DNA of 61,919 nucleotides, counting the filler, from Diploschistes diacapsis (taxonomy: Eukaryota): assembly GCA_023645945.1 (NCBI GenBank). It is 5 parts of 5 records of this genome, joined end to end, with 100 filler letters (N's around TTAATTAATTAA, not from the genome) between each part and the next. Parts side by side here need not be neighbours in the genome. Positions count along the whole stretch, not along the records: positions 7,799 to 38,540 come from JALAIB010000125.1; 4 more parts are not named here. One strand, written 5' to 3'. The translations under genes were made by a program, and so were the position numbers. Shown here in pieces: positions 10,178 through 25,163 of the stretch. Position 1 is the first letter of the stretch. Each line of letters opens with the position of its first letter. The notes under the pieces were generated by a model. It saw nothing but the letters and a program-made list of their open reading frames with translations. It was not told the DNA's origin and made no database searches.

Positions 10178-10520
10178 GCTGGGGGTGCTGGGGGTGCTGG
10201 GGGTGCTGAAGGTGCTGAAGGTACTAGAGGTGCTGGAGGTGCTGGATGTACTAAAGGTGCTGGCGTAGATGGCGCTGGCGTTGGGTAGTAGGTCTAGCGG
10301 CGGTGGCGGTAGCGGCGCTGGGGGTGCTGGAGGTGCTGGAGGTGTTGGGAATGCTGGAGGTGCTGGTGTGGGTGGTTTAGACCTGGATTATAATCGAAAG
10401 GTCCAATGCGCTGCCGAATGCGCTGCTTCAAAAAAGCTTCGAAAAGGTGAAAAGGTGCTCGAAAAGGTGCTTGAATAGCTGCTTCAGATACTTCGAAAGG
10501 TGCTTCGAAAGATGCTTTAG
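10178..10520. repeat. GC-rich 9-bp (GCTGGRGGT) and 12-bp (CGAAAAGGTGCT) tandem repeats in a decayed region
   Basis: Visible tandem units; minus strand reads Pro-Ala-Pro repeats interrupted by stops and frameshifts. Confidence 0.65.
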
Positions 10521-10783
10521 TGATGAAAGTTCAAAAAAGGGCTAGAGTAGGTTACTAGCGTAGAGCGATCTGCAAGCAAAAGGTGTTTATTACGTGTAAA
10601 GTGAGCTAAATTAGCGTGTAAAGTCTATAGCAGCACTAACCCAAAGGAGATTAGTGCAAAGCGCCGGCGAAACCGACGCGCTAGTAAATTCTGAGGTACT
10701 GAGTTCAAGGTAAGGCTAATTGGCTTGTGGAATTCGAACACAGCGTGTGGTGGTTTAGCCTTTCTTTATAGTATTCTTCGCCC

Positions 10784-11339
10784 TTAGAGTTCGCGCCACG
10801 CCTGTGCATTGGAAATCCATCCTCTGTGCGAATTGTTACTAATATTGTGGGCCCTAAAGATGCGGTAGGATACCCCTTGGGAAGATCCGAATGCGTAACG
10901 TTTTGAAGCTCTGGGCGCTGCTATCAAAGTCGCCAAATGATGGAACATCTGGATCTGGTCTTTCCGATCCACCATCAAATAGCTCAGTTCTACATGATAA
11001 ATACTGTCCCAAAGGTCGCGAACCATGGCATCAATTACAAGGGCACAGAAGTTCTCCTAAAGGGTGGAAGTCTTTGTCCCTTGAATAGTAGGCTATCCCA
11101 AGCAGGACGAAAGCCAGCGGAATTGGTGAGGGAAAGAATGAAGGGCATGAGGCGGATAAGGTCGGCGCGGACTTGTTTGCTTGTCAAGAGGAGACGCAGC
11201 ATTGGATACTTGGGACCAGTGGATACTGTGCCAAGGCCTGATTCGCTTGACGTGCTTACGGGATGCCGAAAATACGACTAGGGGAATTCGGTTCAGGAGA
11301 GATCTTGCTCACGCAACTCATGTGGTACTGAGGAAACAT
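10784..11339 (-). pseudogene. Probable decayed F-box-like gene
   Basis: Fragments FLS/PHELREQ near 11305-11335 and MLRLLLTSKQVRADL near 11158-11202 lie in different frames and resemble the two motifs of the neighbouring intact gene. Confidence 0.4.
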
Positions 11340-11510
11340 GCTTGCTCTTTCCTACGGACAGTTTACAAATCCTTCTCCGATTAGCCTATGATACAAAACA
11401 AAAAGAGCATAGAGAGCTGACGGTTCTTTTGATAGACTTGAGGTATATTTTTCTAAGTATTACCTGATATCTTGCGGTCCAAAGTGTGGTTTCCATGGCT
11501 GCTCCTCAGT

Positions 11511-12592
11511 CTAAGACTTGGTGTTTGATACTCTGCTCTCGAGAGCGACGGCGGCGATCCCTCCGACCACGTGGGATCTCTCCACCGAGAGCTCGAGGTT
11601 GGAAATTGCAGCCGAAGAAGCGTCCCCTGAGCAGGTTACTTGATGGACATTATTGAGTTCCATGAGGGGCCCAAGCACGCGCTGAGCTGCTTCGGGTGTG
11701 TGAGCCTCGTCTTTGAGCTCTACCTGCAGGTGGGCTAGTTCGGGTATGATGCGTAACGTTTGGACAAGAAAAGAAACTTGGTCCCGAACACCATCCGTCA
11801 GACCAGGCCCAGAAAAATTGTATTTGATCATGCCTGTTTCTTGATTAGTTCATTGAATCATAAAGGACATTTCAAGCTATACGAGATCGGATATAAGTTA
11901 GATGCTTTATGGTCCCTTCTAATGAATGTGGACTTGATGATCGAAGGGAAAGCAGATAACAGATGGAAATTGAAATATTGCACACAGGAGGGCGGAGAAG
12001 GGCTTGAGAACAATTCATGCACAATGTTGACTAGCAACCGGGCGTTTGGCTGACATCCACTGAACGAAAGGAAGACACAAGGTTGCTCACCTGTATAGGG
12101 GTCGAGGTGGTTTATCCGGACAAAGAATCTCCTCATTAACTTCAAACTCCTATTAGAAAACCCTTCTGGAAATGGCATCCGCCGCTTTGGCAGCAAGCCC
12201 AGAGGGTGCACCCATCTGAAATCGAAGATGGTGCAGTCCCATGTGACACATAGAGAGAAAACACTGGATCCGTAGAGCTGCGCTGCACACTCTTCATGGA
12301 GGAGTCGTGAAGCCGCCAGGATGGTAGTGTTACCTCGATACCATACTATGCCGCCAGTGCCGATGGATGTGATGAAGCTTGTGTAGGGAAGGATGTAGGA
12401 ATAGATCTGCTGGCGAAGCTCCAGAGGAAGGGTGAAGAAATGGCATTTAGAAGTAGGGATTGAGGGGTCGTTGCACTCTGAGAGAGGGGTGGAAACTGGA
12501 TTAGAAGGTGGATAAGAAGGGGGTGGGTAGATGATATCGAGCATGCGGGTGTCTTGGCCGTATATGGACATAGCGCCGAGTGCATATGGCAT
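11511..12592 (-). CDS. Fungal protein with an F-box-like N-terminal motif
   Basis: FFTLPLELRQQIYSYILP and ILAASRLLHEECAAQLYG motifs; intron 11834-12090 (GTGAGC..CTAAT..CAG) joins LDPYT-G-MIKYNFSGPGL in frame. Confidence 0.8.
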
Positions 12593-12988
12593 TGTCGATG
12601 GTCGTGGTAGGTGATGTCCAGAAGTATTGAAGACAGTTTAGGCGCTTGCGGTGGGACTGTTAGCTGCTACTACACGGCCTATAAGTGCGCCTACGGTTGA
12701 AGACCAATGACTCAATGCACCCACCAATAGTCATTTGGGCCGACTGAGAGAGCAACTATGCATGCCAGAATCTCCATTCCCATAGTCCTACAGGCATAGA
12801 TGAGAGGATGAAAGCTTCTATAGCATCGTCTTTCAGGTCAGGACTAACGCTTCGGATATCCGACTGGTCAAAGCCAACCCAACGCCTTCCTTCGATTGTA
12901 GAATGCGGTTCGTTAACGGAGTAAATTGCTCCAGAAGCAAAAACAAGAGAAACCCCCTATTTGCGAAGCACCCAACCTGAGCATTTCC

Positions 12989-13846
<858 letters not shown>

Positions 13847-14526
13847 GTTGGACAGAGAGATTACCCAAAAATGAGGTTTCGGGTCTCAGAGCTGGTGAAA
13901 CTTGGTCCCAATCTTGCAAGCCTAGTTTAGTAGTTCGCAGCTTTCAGATGCCCTGGAATGAGTGGGACAAGGATTGGAGCGGGCTGGATGAGTCCAGGAA
14001 AGAGAGGCCTGACTGTTGGATGAGTCCTAATCTTAGGTGAGCTAGTTATGATATCTCGCTCTATAGTCCCCACAGGCTCTCTGATCTGGAGAAGTTGCGG
14101 TGCTATTTCCGTGCTACAGTTGCAAGGTACATGTAGGCGCTGGAGTGGTGCACGTGACGTGGCTTTATTCCGGCTCAAGCAGAAACACAGGTGTTCTACC
14201 GATGCTTTGAGGGCTCTGCAAGTTTCGGAGACCCCATGAAAGCTTCAAAAATTCAAGATAGGCATACGCTCTTCCTTCCCCCTCGCTTCTCCTCGCAATC
14301 CTGCGACTCGCGGTCATCTTCTTCCCAATCCACACAAGATCTTGTTCTAAATCATAACTATGAATCCTTCTTAGGCGATATAATTTAGCCAAATTGTTTT
14401 ACAGTATATTTGCGTTCCAACTTTGACTGCCCATTTCCTTCATACTGGGAGTGTCCTCCACACTTCTTGTCATTGTCACCAAGATTCAAACATAGGCTTC
14501 CATTTTGAGGCAAGCTTCATGCGACT

Positions 14527-17500
14527 ATGGCCGATAGTGACCCCGATAGCATCTCTATCACATCTACCCTTCCTAGCGAGGGCCGGTCATTCTACAATGT
14601 TGAGAGGATACTTGCTGAGTGGGATGATGGTGAGGATCTCTACTACCTTGTATATTGGGAAGGATACCCGCTAGAACAAAGTACCTGGGAGCCTGAAGAC
14701 AACTTTCAGCAAGATACCATAAATGACGTAGGTCCTTGTGAAACGATGCAGGTCTTATATCTGATAATAAAATATTAACATTTCAACAGTGGGAAGATAC
14801 GAAGCGTCGTATAAAGGCGGGCCAAGAAACGCAATTCGATTATGTTGCATTGGAAAGGAAGAAAGCACGGATTGCGGAAGAAAAGGAGCAAAGGAAGGCC
14901 CGAAGGCAAAAAAAAAGAGCTCGTCTTGGGCTTTTCAAGTCCCGCCGGACCGGATATTGGGTCCAAGAGCAAGCATTGACATCTGGCGACGACGATCAAG
15001 TAGATGAGGACGCTGTCTCGCTCGAAAGCTCCTCAGAAGAAGAGCCTCTTCAGACAGTGCTTCGGAGAAGACAGTCGCGCCGAGCACTAGAGGATCATTC
15101 AAGCGACTCAGAAGCATCCCAGGATCTTCCCAATTTTCGCAGGCGTGCAAAAAAGGCAAGGACTGAAAGCCAAGCGGGTGGATCCATGAGAGATGTGACG
15201 AGTGATGGCAATATACGGAAGACAGGGGATGGAGGCTCCCCCACTCGATCCAATTATGTAGGCACCATGGCAAAACCCAAATTCGTCATGGATCAAAAGC
15301 CACAACCATCGCCAGGAAAATGGAACACAACCCGAGACTCTAGAGCTATGCCAAGCAGGAAACTTGTGCCGTCGAAGCAGACTCAGCTGGACCCAAGCAA
15401 GAGCTCTTCAAAAACGGGTCGCTCACAGCTTACCAGCCGGGACGTCCTCAAAAATTGGCAGGAGCCTGCGAAGCCGCGCCGGCCAACCTTTGGGGAGAAT
15501 AAAGCCGCGATAAGCGGAGAAGCTCCGAAGCAATTTCAAAAGCTATCAATTCAGAGGAGGGTTCAGCTAGCATCAATGAGAGAGCCCGCACCGAATATGG
15601 AAGCCTTGACTTTTGTCAATTTAGAAGATGGCAAAGCCATTCCGCAGAAGGCAAGCAGCAATGACAACGAGACTCATAAGACACCTTTCCAAATGATTCA
15701 AGACCGTCTGCAGCAAAAGGTGGTTGACGTAGCGGAAGGCGATACTGTCACTTCTTTGCGGCAGAGGAGTCCGAGCCCCATGGATATTGACCCAATTGCC
15801 AGTGAGCCTTCGCTCTTTGTAGAAGAGAGTTCTATGCGCCCACAGAGCCGCGCAGAGCAACAGACGAGCATCGTACCTGATGCAAGTCTGCTGGAGGGAG
15901 CCAACGGAAACGCCACATTGCCAGTCAGACCGTCTGCTCATATCCGCGAGCAAGCTCAAGATGACGAATCATCCCCAAAGATATCGGCTGGAAGTTTGAT
16001 CAAACCAGAAGCTGATATTGCCTCGTTGGACGCCATTCGGTCCTTGCCGGAAAAGAGTGTGACCTCTGCGCCTTACGAGGTGCAAGCTAGGAAGGACCAG
16101 AATGAGCATTCTTTAGGAACGGCAGTGACGACCAGCAACCAGCAAGAGTACCCGCATTCAAGTGAGCAGGTGCAGCAAATGCCAGCCGGAGATTCCAACA
16201 GTGGGAATTCATTGCCTGGCTCGATATCAGAGAACGTTACTAGTTCTGGAAATAGTTCTACTGCTCATCCGACCGAAGGTCCGATGATCCCTGATCAGTT
16301 GAGAAGCTTTCTTGTTCCGATGGCTTTCAGCAGGCTTGTTGGAGACTATGGCATGATCAAATCAAATCCAGCCTTCCGTCCAAATAAGAAAGAATATTTT
16401 ACCGACATGTACGGGAATCTAATAGTAGATGAATACACGGAAAGTAATGAAACGAATGCAATCTTCAGGGGGCTGACTATGCCTGCCGTCAACCTAATCT
16501 TGACAATCAAAGAGGGTAAAAGATTACCAATTGAGATACACAAGTTGTGCACATTTAAGGAATACCTCGCTAGCTATCACAAGGTGAGTGAATTGATTCG
16601 GTAAGAAGTTACTTGAGTAATGATAGATGTAGACGGGAACGAAATACTACGGTGCGGGCCATATACTGCCAGGGAAACGAGGTAATGTTTCAGTTGGCCA
16701 GGTTGCGAAGCGTCTTCAGATTCTTGGTAAAGGCGGATTGTTTTTCGCAAAATATTTCACGATTCTCATATATCGTACCGCAAACAGAGATTGGGAAACA
16801 GTTGATAGGTTGTATCCTCCAAATTCGTCTTTTTGCCTTCTTCGCTTCTTGGTTAGAGAGTCTCACTATCCAGGATACTTGACCGCAAGTCGTGCTATTG
16901 CAGTAAGCGGAGAGCACAGGGTAGAGGGACTATCAGGGGAACTAGATATCGACGCTGTTCTACCCCCTGATTCACTCTTGTCGCATGTGAGCCAGCGGAC
17001 AGTGCTCCCATTAGATCACCTTGCTCAGGAATCAAAGACGTCTGCAGTTGAAGATTCACAATATGACCATAGCAAACAACTAGGTCCAGATCCTTCTTGT
17101 TTACAAACTCAGGCACAGACCCAACACCACTTTGTGAGCAGAATCTCTAATCGAATGGCTTTTGGACAGCAATTCACTTCAGAGCAGCTGAGCTTAGCCA
17201 TGATGAACCACGAGGTTGAAAAGGTCATAGAGCTCTTCAATGAGCAATTCAGTTTCGATTGGTACGATATGTTACCCCGCCGCGACAAGCCTGGATACAA
17301 GCACGAAGAAGTCGATGTCTTCGTTCAGTACCCACAAGAATTGCAGCAAGACCTGAAGGATGAACGCGAGTTTATCTACGCATTCCTTCGAAGGGTGGGC
17401 GCCAAGAGATACGACTCTGACCATCCTGGAGACTGGCGAGCATTTGTGGAATTTGTGCATATTGGGATAATCTTGGTAAGTCAAGCGGCTATGAAACCTA

Positions 17501-18580
17501 GAACCGCATTGTAGCAGAGCACGGGTATATGCACACTCTTGTTTTATTTCTTGGTATTGGTTCAGTTCTGATGGAAAGCCTGCCCGACCTTGAACTTGAG
17601 AGCTGGTCGTTGTCGAGTAACAAATCTTCAACCATTCAAGCAGCATCTGGACCCCTCATATGCTCTGTTGCCCATAGTCCTTTACTGACTCTGATATAGA
17701 TCCACGAGTCCGTGCGTGACTTCAGTGGGCTGACACGCCTAGGCCATGCGATGCACAGGGGAGGTATCAATGTATTCCGCATCAGTCTTGGAGCACCTTA
17801 TAGCGACCCACAAGTATTTCCGAAAGCAGGCTACACCCGGCTATTTCCTTCTGGAAGTGATGTATTGATTACCGATTCGGTGCTTTTGCAGAAGCCGCAG
17901 CATATGGTTCGGTTCCTTATTTGGTTCAAAGATTACATCCTCAATACAAAGACCCCATCAACCTGGCAATTCTTTACGCGGCCCAAGTTTCATACATGGC
18001 TGGAGGACATGGCTCTCACGAGGACAGATGCTTCTGAGGGTCCCAAGGACCTGGACATGCCCTATTGGCATATTCTAACAGAACTCGGGAAGTTCGTCTC
18101 CTTAGAATATATGGAACGTCATGGTGATACACCGCGACCTGAAGCCCCATATAAAAGTGCACCTGCCATTCCAGGTTACAATCTCCGGGCAGGCTTGGAA
18201 GCTAAAGAATCTACTCAAGAGATCTTAGCAAGTAATGAAGAGAAGCTTGTTAGATGGTTCGGTGATTTGAGTCTGCAACGCGTTCAGTCGCGGAGGAAGT
18301 TTTCTGTGCTTTATGATGGCCCCACCGAAGTGACACAGAAATGGAAAACCCAGTGGCCACACGTAAGCATGCAAGGATGGGATCTTGAATTATGAAGTGC
18401 TTACGACTAGCTTAGATTAGATTCTTCCCTTCTGAAGCCTATATAGCACGCGAGATATTTAAGTGGGAAGAAGATATGCAAAAAAAGCGTGACAAGCGGG
18501 CAAAGGCCAAAGTGCCTTCGACAGCCCCAAGCGACATAGGCGGCAAGGAGAATGAAAGGGTCCAACAGAAGAAAGGCTGA
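14527..18580 (+). CDS. Large chromodomain-containing protein (Chp1-like architecture)
   Basis: N-terminal chromodomain YNVERILAE..YYLVYWEGYPLEQSTWEPEDNF; in-frame joins via introns 14728-14789, 16584-16632, 17477-17699 and 18363-18415; stop TGA 18578-18580. Confidence 0.82.
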
Positions 18581-18988
18581 GAACGCATGGATTGTTGAGA
18601 TGGCAGCTACATGGCTGCATTGGGGAAATCTGTCGGTATTCTTAAGGGTCTTCTACCTTGCTCCGGCTAGGAGCTATCAAATGGCCTCAACACAAGAAAC
18701 ACAATTAGCTTGGTTGTTTGGCCTAAGTGGAATGATATTCACCACTGAGAGATCAGGTTGGATAGGGAACAATGGCCGTGTTACTGGGGATCCCAATTGA
18801 AGAAAGATTATGATTTGTACATAGTGCTATGCTGGGAATTCCACGTCCAAGGACACGCCCGCATCCACACTGATGCAAAGGCCCAATCAAGGACTTCCTT
18901 ACCGTGACCAGGAAGACCCACCTCTTAATTTCGCTTTGAGTGCAGAAAAATAGAATACAGCAATGTTTCATGCAAGGCACCCCTAACT

Positions 18989-19648
18989 CTACTTGCTCTG
19001 CACGTAGCCTTTACCCTCGTATTTTTCTGAAGATATCCCGGTGATAGGTTCCGAATTTTGACTCTGCTATGCTGTCAGTTCTATGAACTATATTGTCATT
19101 GCGACTTTTAAGGTTTACCTTTAGATACTCGTTTGTTGCTTCTTGCCATTCTTTGTTCATTGTCCGTGGAGGTCCGCGTGCGAATGATCTGATTATGAAG
19201 AAGATGACAACAGCAATTCCAACCACAGACATAGTATACCAGAAGATCTTTATATTCTCGCCTGGGGGAGGCAAAGCCCGAGGTCCGTGGTTACCGAATG
19301 CGATCCAGTATGCTTAGATAGGTTAGGAAACTGGTGATGCAAGGGGACAACGGCTCAATCACCAGCTTTCTTCTCTTGCATTGTCAAGTGGTGCCAATCC
19401 TGCTCCATCCGATCTCTCAGCTGCATCCACAGAGTCGCCTGCTCCTGAGGAGGCATTCCCTCCCATCTTTTCTCGATACTAGCAAGCGTCGGGTTTGAGA
19501 TGGCGTGGGGAGCAGAAGCGAAGCGTATCTGTTGTCGCTGAGGGCTTTGGATGGAAGCCGCAACTGGCTTGATAGTTCGCGAAGAACGAGCAGTAGGTCG
19601 TAGCAAAGAGTAACTGCCGCGAGCCAGCGGCAGGCTTGACCGAAGCAT
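18989..19648 (-). CDS. COX5: Cytochrome c oxidase subunit 5 (COX4 family), mitochondrial precursor
   Basis: Presequence MLRSSLPLAR; HAISNPTLASIEKRWE, EKKAAYWIAFGNHGPR, one TM helix, PRTMNKEWQEATNEYLK; two introns. Confidence 0.94.
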
Positions 19649-19980
19649 TGTGAACTGCATTGGGGTAGTAACAAGAATTAGGAGAGGGAAATGTGCTCTA
19701 AAGCCAGATCTACTGGCCGCCAAAGTTGAGGCGACAGTGGAATTGACGTGCGAAGGAGTTGAATCGAAGGGCTGAAGAGTTGCTACCGTGACTCGAAGTG
19801 ACGAACAGAAAAGTGAGGTTGAGATAGGAAAATGAGCTACCCGAATCGGGTTAAGCGGGTTGTAAAAGCTAAGTCTCCGAACTCCCTTGCTCCAGACAAC
19901 CTCATCCCGACTTCTTCCTCAAAAAAACATTATTCTTTTACCTCTCCACTCCATCACAGCCCTCCTTAGCATCTTACAAA
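19649..19980. promoter_or_regulatory. Short bidirectional promoter shared by COX5 and ATP2
   Basis: Only 332 nt separate two divergent ATGs of OXPHOS genes. Confidence 0.7.
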
Positions 19981-21892
<1,912 letters not shown>

Positions 21893-22663
21893 AGTTTTGA
21901 AGGGTGGCATGTATGAAAAAGTGGTCAGGCCCGATGGGTGTTGCAGGGAGGTGGATATTAAGGAGAGAGACCAAGGTTGCGGCTGCACGTGTACATGTAC
22001 CGTAGGCATTGAAGTCGAGCATTTTCTATATTAACCTAGTGTATTTACAATGCGTGTCGATGATGCTTGCCTTCGCAACAGTGAGCCCCTTTTTAGCACC
22101 TATGCAATTGATTTCAAATTGCTTTCAGACCCTCACGCTAAAGATGATACGAAAATGACAGGAAGGCCCGAGAAACGACGGGAAATTCCGTCTACTGTAC
22201 GCCCGAAAAGGCTCGTACTTATACTTACAAAAAGCTGTAGCCCAGGAGCGTTGAATGATCACGGGCACCTTGAAAGGTTCTCTTTGTTTGTTGATAATGC
22301 AGATCCAATAAAGAGCAAAACGTATAGCCCTATCGTCTAGTTCAACTAGGGACATTAAAGGGTATGGGAGGGGAAGAATCTTGTCAAGCACAAACTGTGT
22401 TAGAAATGGGAGCCCGTAATATGTGCATTCATTAACGCCGACTCAACGAGGCTTGGATAAAGCCTTCAGTGGGGAGCACAGACTGCACAAGAAGGACCTT
22501 TGGTCCTTGTCATAGCAGCGGAGGAATTTATCAGTGGTTTATAATAATCGACGTGGCCGGCTTCGCGTTCCCACGCAAGGCATGTTTTCCATCATGAGCT
22601 CCGTAAACCATCAACACGTTCCCAGTACACCCACCCTGTGTTCAATGCTGCAGAGTGCCCGGT

Positions 22664-24525
22664 CTACATGAACCCCGCCGCCCGACTCTTCTCCCTATAC
22701 TCCTTGAAATCCCCCGTGCTGCCTTCCCCACCTCCTCCTTTCCCCCCCTTCCCATGCGTACCGCTGCCGCTCTTGCTACCAGCCTCACCCCTCTCCTTCC
22801 TCAGCCTCCCCTCCCACTCCTCCTCTTCCGCCGCAAGCAAAGCCTGGAACCTGACCTGCTGGCCCCTCGCCAAATAAACCGGCGCTTCTTTCCTCTTCGC
22901 TACCGCCTCCGTAATGAGCACGTGCTTTATCCCACTACCAGGCGCCTCGAACATGGCTTCGCTGAGCAGCCGCTCCACGCACGTCCGCAGACCCCTCGCG
23001 CCCGTACCCATGCCCAGAGCGCTGCGTGCGATTTCGCGCAGGGCGCCGGACGTGAAGCGCAGCTCGACGCCGGAGAGGGCAAAGAGCTGCTCATACTGCT
23101 TTACCAGGCTGTTGCGGGGCTCGGTGAGGACGCGCACGAGGGACTCTTCGTCCAGGGCGGATAGGGCGGTGGTGACGGGAATGCGCCCTACGAGCTCGGG
23201 GATCATGCCGTAGCTCTGTAGGTCTGCGGGCTCGACCAGGTCGAGGGGGTTGTACTTTGTCTCCGTGCCCGGCGCGGCGGGAGTGAAGAACGGCAGATGT
23301 TTCTCGAAGAGCTCGGATTCTGCCGACCCCGGGCGGGCGGAGATTGTTAGATCGGCAGGGCTGTTGGATTGGTTACTGGGGTTGAAGGAGGAGGGGAGAG
23401 AAGACGATTTGAGAGGGGAACCGAAGCCGATCGACCCCTTGGAAATGCGCGACATGATGACCTTATTCAGGCCGATAAAGGCGCCGGTGCAGATGAAGAG
23501 GATATTATCCGTGCGCACGCTGTAAGTTTCACCCTTTTGTGGTGGGGTACCAGAATTGCCGCCTGAACTGCTGCCAGAGCTGGGCGGTTTAGAGTCGGTG
23601 TTGCTGCGGGGCGATGCGGATTTGTCGGGTTTGGCTTGAATATGGAGGGTTGTGCCTTCGATTATCTTGAGGAGGGCTTGTTGGACGCCTTCGCCACTAA
23701 CGTCTTTGCCGTGCGCGGGCCTCGAGGCGGCGATCTTATCGACCTCGTCGAGGCAGATTATGCCGTATTCAGCGGCTTCGACGTCGTAGTTTGCGGCTGC
23801 TAAGAGGCGCTCCACACATACATCAGCGTCTTCGCCGATATAGCCGGCTTGCGTGAAGGGTGTGCAGTCGGACATGCTAAACGGGACGGAGAGAACTCTT
23901 GCTAATGTCTTAGCCATCAGTGTTTTGCCTACTCCCGAGGGGCCCAGCAGCAGAATATTCGATTTTTCTAGTGTTAATGGCGTATTGTCGATCAGAGGAG
24001 CAGCGCCAAGATGCGAGGTTGGCGGATGTAAAGGTATAGCTTGCGTTTGCCCTGGGAATTCATCTGCAAAAGAATGTTAACGGTCGCTCGCGAGATTCCA
24101 CACGATACCAACCAACCTTCGACGGGATGGGGAGAGTGTCTCTCCCTCCGCAATCTTTGTTGGAGTAACTGCTGCTCTTCCTCTTCTCTCCGCTGTAGCT
24201 CCAATACTCTCTGATAGTGGTTGAATACCGCCACGCTCATGACCTTCTTCGCCCTCTCCTGGCCGACCACGAACTGATCCAGATGCTGCTTCAGAATCTT
24301 CGGAGTCAGAGACGGAGGGCCCAGGATGGGGACATCACCAAGCGGGCCGACTGTAGGCTGCCCAGGCTCATAGCTCCCTGTGAATGGTTGGTTGGCAAAA
24401 TCGGAGCGATGGAAATGGGACGATGGGTCTTGCCGTCGCGCTGTTAAGATGAAGGATCTTCGGGCAATATGGTATAGGGCGATATAGGAGGCTCGAGCAG
24501 GAGGACTGATTGCAATAGCAGTCAT
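22664..24525 (-). CDS. MCX1: Mitochondrial ClpX AAA+ chaperone
   Basis: [67 protein letters not shown]; intron 24064-24116. Confidence 0.93.
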
Positions 24526-25163
24526 GGTAGCGATTCCAGTACACAAGGATTGTTTCAGTCAAGTCATTCGAGTCGATTAGGTACCCAAACGGCAATAGAT
24601 TTAGATGACAGTCCCCTCAATCTGCTGTGCAGGCTATAGATCGACGATTTCCCACTCCGCTTCAGCGATACGAGTCCGTGACCTTTGTTTTATGCACCGC
24701 CACGCGAGAGGAGGAGCACCGAGGGACTGTTCAGCCACAGAACAATCGATAACTTGAAGCACGTGCTGTGGCTATGGCTGTTGCTGTGTCTGTGACTGTG
24801 GCTGGTATCTTGAGGCGTTGAGGAGAGCTCTGGGGTTCCCACGTACTATATACTATATATCGTACGGGCCCTTATCTCCCTAGCTGGAGCTCTCCTTTAT
24901 TACAGTGCATTTAACTATGGGACAGAATGACGTAGTTAAAGCCTGACAGCTTGGAAGTTTTCCTGCTCGAACAAGGACTCTGGTGGGGATGGAACTTTGT
25001 TGACCACCGTCTCGTGCCATCCTAAGACCCTCACAAACTCCCAACTCGAAGAAGCGGTAGTCAATGCCATCTGCTAACCAAGGTATTATTGGAAGCCCGG
25101 TGCACCGCCTAGGTTTGCACTACATCGAATGACTCTCTAGCAAGGAAGCTCGTAGTCATCACA

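Noticed and set aside
25064..25140. Short upstream ORFs before the branching-enzyme ATG
   Set aside because: No evidence they lie within the transcript; expected by chance.
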